Shown here: one piece after another, positions 25,935 to 36,500 of the stretch
Numbering within the stretch: the stretch's first letter is position 1
Layout of the letters: every line of letters begins with the position of its first letter
NCBI RefSeq assembly: GCF_001194135.2
Contig: NC_068981.1
Coordinates: 90,601,846 to 90,665,845 of the forward strand
Direction of reading: 5' to 3'
Source of the DNA: Octopus bimaculoides
Lineage: Eukaryota
Length of the DNA: 64,000 bases
Translations under genes and position numbers: made by a program
The notes under the pieces: model-generated
Database searches by the model: none
What the model saw: the letters and a program-made list of their open reading frames with translations, nothing else
Told to the model about the DNA's origin: nothing

Positions 25935-26105
25935 ACTCAGCTTAGCAGCCGCTGATTAATTTGTGATCAGCTTCCTTGATGCATGCCAGAGGAGCAAATA
26001 GCTATCATCTCGATAGCATCGTGGTGAAGAGTGCTTCGTTGAGGAGCGAGGTGTTGTCACGCCGAAGGTCTCTCGCTCAACTGGCTTAGGAAGGGAAACA
26101 ACTTT
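25935..26105 (-). ncRNA. Candidate structured RNA or highly structured first exon (family unknown)
   Basis: Several short hairpins in about 170 nt, including a 10-bp stem enclosing a C-TTCG-G motif; the ends can also pair on the minus strand; adjacent to the promoter motifs. Confidence 0.35.
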
Positions 26106-26119
26106 TTAAGTACTAGTTT

Positions 26120-26252
26120 TACTACGCATGCGCACTCGAGGGGCTTCCGGTGGTGAAATCCCTTGCGCATGCGTAGAACAGGACTTCCTCAATGGCAGCT
26201 ATAATTTCGCGCCACTACAATTTCATAGCTTTGAAGTTTTGACAATGTGAGT
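26120..26252. promoter_or_regulatory. CpG-rich housekeeping-type (possibly bidirectional) promoter
   Basis: Two NRF1-type palindromes (CGCATGCGCA 26125, TGCGCATGCG 26164), ETS-type CTTCCGGT 26144, ZNF143-like ACTACAATTTC 26214, and a plus-strand donor AAT|GTGAGT at about 26247. Confidence 0.65.
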
Positions 26253-27253
26253 GTTTATTTTTAAAATGATACTGTGGGGTAGGTGTGAGAGGCCAGATCT
26301 GACCAGTCTGAAGATAAAACAGGTAGAATATTTTGGCCAGATATGGTTGATTTTAATGCTAAAGGGTTAAAAAGGAAATAAATACTGGGGTCAATTTGTT
26401 CAACTAAAATTCTTCAAGGCAGTGCTCCAGCATGGTTGCAGTCAGATGAGTGAAACAAGTAAAAGATAAATGGATTTTGTACATGAAGACCACTGTTAGT
26501 TACCTCTGAAAATGAGAGTAGGCCCTCCATGTGGTCAATTGTCAGTTTGCTTGCTAGAGATAGCAGCCAAATCTTTTTCATATCTTAAAACAGAGCATGT
26601 TCAATAATGTGGTCTTGGGTTCCCTGCAAATTAAAAAAAAACAACATAGGATGGCCAAGGCTGGAATGCTTTTGATCATGACTGTTTGATAGCAACAGCG
26701 GCAAGCAACAACAACAACAACCATATGTTTCCAGTGAACCTGAAGAAGGATTTTACAAAGGGATGCCACTAGTGGGTTTTCCACTCAGATGTGGAGATTT
26801 TGGAGCAATGACGGGTTTATGGGTTTTAATTTCCAAATTTACATTAAATCTGGGTTTTTAAGTTAATTTTGGCTGCAAACTTATCTTTTAAAGAGAATTC
26901 GGTGTCATACTCTTTGTATGCAATATGTACCAAAGCTGCACGTCTTCTAATACTTTGTAAACTTTCTGTATATTATCCATAATCATCTCACGCAATGAAT
27001 TTATCGATACAAATATTGTATGTGACGTAATTACCGATCGTACTCGTTCATTATTTGTTTATACTTGTATCATACCGGGCAACTACAAGTTAAACTCGTT
27101 GGTGGCTGCTTGTATACTTGTCTGAAATTCTGACACCGTCAGTTGACAGCTTGACTGTGTTGATGGTGTACGCTTCGATTGATACTCGCGAGTTAAAATT
27201 TGTTTAACAACATTTTGAGTGTGTGCTTTTGTTTTGTAACCCTTTGTGAAGTA

Positions 27254-29060
27254 ATGGCAGACAATAGTGTGTCCAAAAAGAGGAAATGGTACACCCAAAA
27301 TTTCAAGAAGTCATGGTTGGAGGATGCTGAGCTTAAAGATTGATTACGGCTACATGATAAAAATCCTGACACCTGCTACTGCGTTTGTTACAACGCTGTG
27401 TTGAAAAATGCTAACAAATCAATGCTGTTAGCTCATAAAAACACTGCCGAACACATGAAAGCTTTTGATTGTGCGAAATCTGGTATTAAATTAGATTCAT
27501 TTATTGTTAAACATGATACATTAAATGAAAGATCAGCTAAGGCAGACTTGCTACTAACAGGTTATTTTGCTTAACATCACATACCTTTCATCCATATAAA
27601 TCACTTAGCTGAAATTTGTAAAAAGGCCTTTCCCGATAGTGAAATAGCTAAGAATCTGCAAACGGAAAAAACAAAATTAACATACATTATGCAAGACGAA
27701 ATTGCACGTTATGAACAAGATGAAATCTTGGAAATTCTCAAGAAACAAAAGTTTTCATTATTGAGAGATGAGAGTACGGACATCTCAGTGACACAAATCT
27801 TAGCAATAGTTGTTCGTTTTTTCTATGAACAATCGCTTAATGTCAAGGATGCTCTCTGGATGCGATTGTAGAAGAAAATGGTTCGTCTCAGGGTTTGTAC
27901 GATGCTTTCAAGTCTACGCTTACAAAAGAAGATGTCTCTATGAGAAACATACTTGGATTTGCCAGCGATAATTGCTCAACAATGATGGGTAACAAGGGCG
28001 GATTTCAAAAGTTATTGAGAAACGATATTCCGACTATTTACAATAGGTTGTGTTTGCCATTCGTTTGCACTTTGTTCAAGTCATGCAGTGAATGTGTTAC
28101 CTTCGTATCTTGAGTCCTTTTTAAAGGACTTAACTTTGCTTTTCTCGAAGTAGCAAACGTCTGGCACAAAAGAAAACAAGATTCCAAAGCTTTTGTAAAC
28201 TAGATGGTTGTCGTGTGAAAACGTAATTAGCGTTATAATAGATAAGTGGGATACCCTTGTACTTTATTTTCAGTCAGAGGCTAAAGTAGAAAAAGTGGAC
28301 GGATCAAAAAAGGATCTATGAAACAATGATTAACAAAAGGACGAAGCACGTGCTGCTCTTACATTATATATTAAAGAAAGTAAAGGCTCTTAATGTCGAG
28401 TTTCAATCGGAACACTTTCGACTGCATCTGTTGCATATACTTGTATCCAGTGAATATAAAAATATCCTTAGTTGCTTTATAAATGAGAATGCTTTAGCTG
28501 TATCTAAATTATCAGATACTGATCTTAATAACACAACAAATCACAAAGATATGAGTAATATTTACCTTGGTGGATGCGTAATGAGATATCTAGAACAAAA
28601 CCCCATCGTTGGTGATTCAGTTAGATTCAAAACTGATTGCAAATATTTTAAAATAGAATTATGCTCTCAAATGAAAATGCGCTTTCCTCTCGATGAAGCT
28701 GGAATGTTTGCCCTCTTAGAAATACTTGATCCAAAAGTAGCGTGTGATCTCACTAACTCTCCTCAGTCGATAATTCCCTTGGCATCAAACTTTCCAGCAA
28801 TTGCACCAGAAAACACACTTGATGAACAAGACGATGAGTGGAGATTATTTCGGCAATATAAAGATATTCCTGTTTCCTCAAAAAGCATCCATGAATTCTG
28901 GTATTCCATATGCAATCTTACAGACGAGCTTGATCACACTAACTTTGAGAGGCTGTCACAATTCACGACTAATTTTGACGATGTTACCTCATTCATCAGC
29001 GTGCGTGGAGTGCATATTTTCCCAAGTAAATTGCACAAAGTCAAAGTTCACTAACAAGCA
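27254..29060 (+). pseudogene. hAT transposase pseudogene (frameshifts and stops)
   Basis: FSLLRDESTD, GFASDNCSTMMG, CVCHSFALC, TRWLS, and C-terminal LPHSSACVECIFSQVN (hAT dimerisation region). Confidence 0.9.
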
Positions 29061-29815
29061 ATTACAAGAAAGGGAGCGTCATGCATTTCTTGGGAGACGA
29101 ACGCTATACTTATTAAAGACGTAGTGGATGGGCCTTGTCATCGTAGATATACGAGTAGATCACCATAGAAGGAGTGAATGAAGGTGATGTGGACTTGTAC
29201 GAAATTGACATTTAGCTGCCATATGATATAAAGTAAGTATTAAATTCTGTATTCATTTTGTCATATAACATATAGGGGTTGGACAAAATAATGGAAACAC
29301 CTAGCATCATAGCAGCATAATTTTGAAATATCTATAAAACCGTCAANNNNNNNNNNACCTAGCATCATAGCAGCATAATTTTGAAATATCTATAAAACCG
29401 TCAAAAGCTTGTTTATTTTTATGTTTTTTGATTTATCACTAGTGTTGCTTAATATGCTTTACTAAAATTGTTGTTTCTTTACAGATATCATCCAAAAAAG
29501 GTAATTAAAATTCATTAAAATGACAGATCTGTCGGACTTTCAAAGAGGTCAAATTGTTGGTGCTCATATGGCAGGCGTTAGCATAACGAAAACAGCCGAA
29601 ATGTTTGGTGTATCAAGAAGTACTGTCTCGAAAGTAATGACAGCCTTTGAGAAAGAGGGAAAAACCTCTTCGTCGAAACAAAACTTCAGAAGAAAAACCA
29701 AAACTTTCAGATAGGGACCGTCAAACTCTTATGCGAATCGTTAGACAGGATCACAAAATTACTGCAGAGCTTAATGACCACCTCAAGAACCCAGCTTCCA
29801 CAAAATCTGCTTGTC

Positions 29816-32800
29816 GGCTGTAAGATTTTTTCTAAGATCGATTTGGAACGCGCGTACCATCAAATCCCCGTCAACCCCAACGATATACCAAAGGCAGCTG
29901 CCTTTTGGAGCGTTTGAATTCTTGTCTATGCCGTTTGGACTTCGTAATGCGGCCAGCACGTTCCAAAGGTTCAGTGATGAGGTCGTTTGTGGGTTAGATT
30001 TTGTCTTCGCGTACGTAGATGACCTTTCAATCACCAGTGCTACTCCATCCCATCTCCTTCAACACTTGACTCAGCTGTTCAAGCACCTACGTTCCTACGA
30101 TGTGAAGATCAACCCGGCTAAGTATGTCTTCGGTTCTACCTGTTTGGAACTCTTGCGGCATTTCATCGATGCCGACGGTATTAGTCCGCTCCCCTCTAAA
30201 GTGGAAGCCATCAAATGCTTGTCTCTTCCTGTTTCCTTAAAGCAGCTCAGAAATTTCATTGGTTTAATGAATTATTATCGTCGCTACTTCCCTAAATGTG
30301 CGGAGAAGTTGCTTCCTTTGACCCAGCATTTGAAAGATCAACGGAAGAAAGACGCACGGATAACGCTGTCTCCTACAGACATCCAAGCTTTTGAATCTGT
30401 CAAATCTGATTTTGCTCAAGCATCCTTCCTCGCTCATCCTATTTTGAATGCAAAATTGACACTCAATGTTGACGAGACATCATCCGCCATCGCAGCAGTT
30501 TTAGACCAATCCGTAAATAGACTAATGGCTGGCCATTAGTCTTTTTCTCGCAACAGTTAAAAAAAAGGCCGAAATGAGATATAATGTGTTTGGTAAAGAA
30601 CTCTTAGCAATTTACCTGGCAGTGAAACATTTCTCTTATGTTCTTGAAGGTAGAGATTTCACGATTTTCCCCAACCACAAACCGCTAACGTTCGCTCTCT
30701 TTTGCAAAAACTCGCCCAGAGAAACGAGGCAATTGGATTACATATCACAGTTCACTAGTGACATTCGCTTCATCGCTGGCTCTGACAACATCCCTGCCGA
30801 CGCCTTATCTCGCCTGCTTATCGGTGCATTGATTTGGTTGCTATGGCTACTGACCAACCCACCTTTGACTCTCTGGACGTCTCTTCACCACAGTTTTCTT
30901 GCTGCAAGTTTCAACACCTGCCTTTGCCTTTTTCGGAAGGAACCATCCTCTTCGATGCTTCTCATGAGTCATCACGACCCCTCGTTCCTGAATGCCACCG
31001 TCGTGTTGTTTTTGAAGCACTGCATTCACTGTCACACCTCGGCATCGCGGCCACAGTAAAGTTTATCTCAGCCCGCTTTTTTCTGGCCGAATATGCGACG
31101 GTCTGTAACTGCTTGATCACGTGCCTGTCTACCATATCAGCGTTCCAAAGTGCATCGTCACGTGAGAGAACCTCTTGGACATTTCCGGCCACCGGACCCC
31201 AGGTTCCGTCACATACACATCGACTTGGTTGTTGGTCCTTGGCCGGTCAGTTGCAGATTTACTTATATATTGACCTGCATCGCTCGTTTCTCCAGATGGC
31301 CTGAAGCTATCCCTCTCGTGGATATTTCCGTGGAAACAGTCGCCAGAACACTCATCTCTTGGTGGATATCTCGCTTTGGAGTACCCTCTAGAATTACTAC
31401 TGATCGTGGACACCAATTTGAAGCTTGTCTGTTCCGTGAGCTTTCGAGATTGCTCGGAGTTCAGCACATCCACACCGCGGGTTACCATCTCGCCGCGAAT
31501 GGAATGGTGGAAAGTTTCCACCGACAGCTCAAAGCCGCTATTCGCACGGCTTCCGACCCTCATCGTTAGTCCAAGTTTCTCTCCATTGTTCTGCTATCAA
31601 AGAGGATTTAGGCTACTCCTCAACTGAGCTCCTGTATGGCACCACCCTAGCACTTCCTGGACAAATGTTGGCGCCCGTCGACTTACCGAATGCGGACCCC
31701 ACATCTTACGTCCTGCGACTCAAGTCATTCTTTGCTGACCTGCCACCAATGCTTCCTCGTGACCAGTCTATTTCCTCTGCAGTACCTCCGGATATTTCTC
31801 CCTGGACTCACGTGTTTGTAAGAAATGACGCCGTCAAGGGACCGCTCACACCTCCCTATACTGGACCCTCTCGCGTTCTTAAAAGTAAACCGAAGCCGTT
31901 CACTGTGGACATTTACTGAAAAGAGACTGTCTCTATTGACAGAGTAAAAAAGCCTTTTCCAAAATATTTATGCGACTTGCCGACGCACCCATCATTCTAC
32001 AAACATCGCCACCCCACCCCCACAAACACCACTTCCTCTCACCAAAACACCAAATACACAAAAACATTCTTCACCTTACAGGACACGTTCTGGCAGATCG
32101 GTTCATTGGTCGAAGGAATTGTCTCAGGCTATCTACATTTCTTAACTTTGCCTCGCCAGTGACTGTTCTGGAGTATAGACTTAGACCGCTAGAGACACTG
32201 CGTTCACATTGTCTTTCTTTTGTATCTTTGTATATATATATATATATATGCTTTGTTCTAATTGATTGCACAGTATTTTTTGCTGAATGTTTTTCCTTGT
32301 ATTTTTTTCTATTGTTCATACGACTGTTTTTGCCATGGTTCATTCTTCTGTGCCCTCCTAGTACACCCCAGCTACACTACTATTAATCGAGCGTTTTCCG
32401 GTCTAAGAAGGCGTATTACCTCTCCTCCTGACAGAAGTAAACAAGCTGGCTATAGGGCTTTCCTATAAGGTGTTATCCACCCCTGATTGGAACTCTCCCG
32501 TATGACATGTACGCATGCTCAGTGACTTGCTTTAACAGTTGCAATCAGCTGAATGCACATTGCCAGTGACCTTTGACATAATTACCCACACTCTGTGGTC
32601 AGGATTCTTTTTTTGGTTTGATGTCGGTATCGAAGAGATTACCAGACACCGGACAATACAGTGAGAGCAGCTTTCACTCACATCGTGGTATTCGATGCTG
32701 TGTACGTGTCTGTCGNNNNNNNNNNNNNNNNNNNNNNNNNNNNNNNNNNNNNNNNNNNNNNNNNNNNNNNNNNNNNNNNNNNNNNNNNNNNNNNNNNNNN

Positions 32801-33490
32801 NNNNNNNNNNNNNNNNNNNNNNNNNNNNNNNNNNNTATAAGCTTCTGCTTATTCCTGTCTGAAGTATCGTCCGATACTTCAGACTTATCGTCCGATGAAT
32901 TTACTTTGTTGACATTCTTCATTGACAGAATTTTTATTCCTTTCAACCTTTCAGTCAAGTCCACCTTTCTTTCAGTAACATACTGTCCATATAATCTTAA
33001 ATATTTCTTTAACTCAGGCACAGTAAGTACTTCGATAGCTGAATCATCAAGCTGCTTTATATCCATGATAAGACGTAAAACAATAACAATGGCGTGGGTT
33101 AGCCTCCGGAAGTTTAATTATCTACATGGAGCGCCGCCTAGCCAAGGGAGATAACCTACTTATAGGAAAGCCCTATACAGAGAGAGGGCCTACACAACAT
33201 TGAGGTTCAGACACGTGACCTCATCTCTTTCTCTTTTCTGCATAGACACGCAAGCTATGAGAACGCATTTTGACTGGCTTTATCCTAGGCCTCTGGCCCG
33301 CTTGCAGTTAGGAGCAAAGCATAGAAGACCATGGCCCTTACACACCAACCATTCTGTTTGTCATTCCTTTGGACGTGTATGTGTGGCCACAAATAAAAAG
33401 TGTTTTAAGACAACCTTGCTCGTATGTGTTTTCCGTCAGGGATTACTACCAACCAAATTACAGCCTTGGGAGTCTTATTAGGTGGTTTAA
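29816..33490 (+). mobile_element. 5'-truncated Ty3/Gypsy retrotransposon (RT-RNaseH-integrase, probable 3' LTR)
   Basis: FSKIDLERAYHQI, MPFGLRNAASTFQR, YVDD, RNase H ELLAIYLAVKHF, integrase HIDLVVGP / TTDRGHQFE / NGMVESFHRQLK; frameshifted. LTR limits are approximate. Confidence 0.9.
32454..33174 (-). mobile_element. Small TIR element encoding SAP + SWIM-like remnants (ISL2EU- or KolobokE-type accessory ORF), inserted in the Gypsy 3' region
   Basis: TIR AGGGCTTTCCTATAAG at both ends, flanked by AT (within TATA); minus translation LTVPELKKYLRLYGQYVTERKVDLTERLK and HRVWVIMSKVTGNVHSADCNC. Confidence 0.7.
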
Positions 33491-34999
33491 TAACGACCTT
33501 CAATCCATCTAGAACTGTTTTACCTGAAGAATGGACAAAAATTCCTTTGGAAACAATTCAAACTTTGTACGAGTCCATACCTCGTAGAATAGAAGCTGTA
33601 ATTACTGCAGAAGGCGGCCCTACTCTATATTAAAAATAAATTTGTTTGAAATTTTAAGGTGTTTCCATTATTTTGTCCAACCCATGTATTTTATCATTAA
33701 ATTACCAATTATATGCTTATTTTCTAACATGTGGGTTTATAAAATAGTGTCTGGGTTTTTTGCAGCAATTAATCTGAATGTTTTATCATTTGATGAGTGG
33801 CAACCCTGACTTTACATGGTCACTTGACCTGCTAAAAATATCAACGAAAGCTCTCCCACATCACATCGTACTATCTTAACCTCCACCTCCATCCTCCGAC
33901 CTTCACCGGAAGTACATGCTAGATAATGTTTTTTTTACAGATATTGTCTAAAAAAAGACAAACTAATAAATATATAAATAAATCAATCAATAAGAAGACT
34001 GAAGTCAGGTTGAGGTCATAGCTGGAACACATTTGATCACAGTCTACTTGATCTGGGCTGACCTGAGACGACGACGATGACAACAACAGCAACAACTACA
34101 ACATCTGTCTGGTTTATATTTTGTCTTACAGCTTAGCTTATTTTGATATCTAGAACCACCTTACTTTTAACCACTATGACATCCTTTCTCCCTTCACAAC
34201 GTATACAACCTTTTAGCTCCTGGACAGGTTAATTAAATTTTATGGTATTATTTTCATTTTCCCCCTTTTTTTTTTACAAATTGTAATCTGACCTCTTCCT
34301 TTTGTTGTACTGTTTGTTTCTTTCTGGTTATTGATGCTTTCTAGTTTTTCTTTTTAAATTTATTTCGTTTACATCCTCTTTTATATTTAAATAATAGCTT
34401 TTGTGTTAAGCCTTTGTTCTTCTGTGTTTTTTTTTATCAGTTATTTTGGTTGTGTATTACTAAGTGCTACATATTGGTAGAGAAGCGGTGTAAGGAGAAG
34501 TGGGAGACAAGAGGGAAGAGGGGAGTTAAAAAGTGAGACAGAGAGGGGGAAGAGTGAGAGAAGAAAGATCGCTATAGGGATAGAGGGGGTAAAAAAAAAA
34601 CGGAAAGGTAATCAGCAGACTGCTGAGGAAAGGGGAGGAAACATTTAGAATAATCATCATCGTCGTTGTCGTTGTAACGTCTACTTTTAAAAGCTTGCAT
34701 AGATTGGATGGAATTTGTTGACCCAGTTATTCTACGGCTGAATGCCTTTCATGTTGCCAACCTTTAACCTGGTTCTGAGTAAGGTAATATTTCCTAATGT
34801 CCAGGACATGTTTTCACGGCAGACTCGAAATAACTGACTCCATTGTATGACAATAACACTTGTTTACAAGTATCTCGCGATATCAAGCTAACTCACGACA
34901 CGCACATGCAAACACATATACATACATATGTATGTATGTATGTATGTATGTATACATGCATAAATACATACATAATGTAACCACATGTGAATCGTTGGC

Positions 35000-35170
35000 G
35001 ATTTTCTTCCTCCGTCTTCCTTTCTATTGAACTTTCCTCTGTTTCTGAAGAAGAGCGTTGCTCGAAACATTAAACCATCTTTCTTTCCTTCTCGGAGCGT
35101 TTGCTAATACTTTACATGTTCCACTTCCTAGCGTTGTTGTTTTTTTGTTTCTTCTTCTTCTTTTTTTGGA
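35000..35170 (+). repeat. Penelope-type terminal repeat with minimal type I hammerhead motif (35041-35075)
   Basis: GTTT-CTGAAGA-A-GAGC(GTT)GCTC-GAAAC-ATT-AAAC; stem I GTTT/AAAC and stem II GAGC/GCTC both pair. Confidence 0.65.
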
Positions 35171-35299
35171 TTTACTACATACATACATACATACATACAT
35201 AGTGTAATCTGTGAGTGGAACAGTAAAAATATGTAAGACTTTTCTCAAGTTCCAAATTTGTTAACTACATCTCAAAGACGGAACCTTTTATCTTTGTTG

Positions 35300-36500
35300 G
35301 AAACCAGCTCCCTCCTCAGTGGAGCATCAGCCATGGGAGTTGGTCAATCTAATTTGGCCCGTTAAGTCTGGTTGTCAGGGATTCCTTCAAGCGGCGGTGA
35401 AATCTTTCCATTAATCCTTTCGAAAAGGTCACACATGTTATTCCACAGCCTCGAGGTGAATTGTGGACTCCATCGGATGAGATGCTATCTGGGATACTGA
35501 AACGGGCGACCCAGTCTGCGATGAAGGCTCGGCTGACTTCTTGTGTTTCTGTGCTGCGGAGAGGGATAGCTTCAGGCCAACGGGTGTAGCGGTCTACCAA
35601 GGTCAATAGATACGAACAACCCTGTGAAGGTGGTTCAGGACCGACAAGGTCGATCTTGACATGGCTGAATCGGGCCTGAAGTGGTTCATAGTTGCCGAAG
35701 GGTGCTTTGGTGTGTTGATGGACCTTGGCTTGTTGATAGGCGCTGCAGGACCTGGTCCAGTCCCCGTGCCAGATAAATTTGCTTGACAGCAGCCGCCGTG
35801 TGGCTTTAGTATCTGGGTGAGAAAGTCCGTGAATGATGTCGAAAACTTTCTTACGCCAGGCGGAGGAATATTTCTTTAAATAAAAAGGAAAGTGACTCAC
35901 CGGGGGCTAATGTCAACATCCTCTCCATCAGTTCCGAAGGTTTGGAATCGCCTAATTCTTCCTCCAGTATCTTGGCTGTCGCTTCTCTTACACTGCGTCG
36001 GAATGTATCCACTAGCCTATCTTTCAATATAGCGTATCTTTTCGTTGGTGGGGATGGGTTAAAATGTCCAGCACCCTCGTTGCCGTGTCTTCGTCTAGTG
36101 CCGCCCCAGTGTACGAGTACGTCGTTTGGTCAACCGTTACCTTGTTTATATCGAATTGGGCTTTCGCCAGAATTGTGGTAACCTCAGTGTTGTTTTGTTG
36201 TTAGTCATGTTTGTTTCGGTGCAGGAACTGTTGTTCTATCGTCGGGGTCACCAGTTATTAGATTTGTTAAGCTATACGCAGACAAACTAGTGGAGACGAG
36301 AATACATTTATCAAAGGTTTATTACTTTACTAACATCAGGACTTCAGTCACCAGTTATTTCTGTTTAGTTCACTCAGATTCGTTTCACACTCACTGTTGA
36401 CATTCTTTTGTTTCCCTTCTCCTACCGGAAGTCCCTTTTGTTTTATCCACTCCGATGTTTACACACGGTCAGTTATACGTCGCTATGAGTAGAGCAATGG
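35300..36500 (-). mobile_element. Internally deleted Gypsy element: PBS, gag N-terminus fused to integrase fragment
   Basis: PBS TGGTGACCCCGACG (36240-36253, complementary to a tRNA-Trp 3' end); gag-like AQFDINKV...LKDRLVDTF...LGDSKPSELMERML; integrase HGLSHP...KIDLVGP...VDRYTRWPEAIPL. LTR limits approximate. Confidence 0.85.

Larger units (their letters stand above)
29273..33686 (+). mobile_element. Tc1 transposon inserted in the hAT 3' region
   Basis: About 29-bp TIRs (T/C)A(G/T)GGGTTGGACAAAATAATGGAAACACCT at both ends; TA TSDs; N-terminal HTH MTDLSDFQRGQIVGA (29520) and C-terminal EEWTKIPLETIQTLYESIPRRIEAVITAEGGPTLY* (to 33633). Confidence 0.92.
26758..33808 (+). mobile_element. hAT DNA transposon, outer element of the nest
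   Basis: TIRs AAGGGATGCCACT and AGTGGCAACCCTG; 8-bp TSD A(T/C)TTTACA; transposase remnant inside. Confidence 0.85.

Noticed and set aside
25935-26105. Telomerase RNA, U6atac, RNase P/MRP or SRP identity for the structured block
   Set aside because: No CTAACCCT template, no AAGGAGA box, no CR-I/CR-V pair and no SRP helix 8 motif; only short chance similarities.
29311-29403. Apparent tandem duplications flanking short gaps (also 53340-53490, 53730-53818, 57190-57846)
   Set aside because: Near-identical sequence on both sides of an N gap indicates unmerged contig overlap, not a biological duplication.
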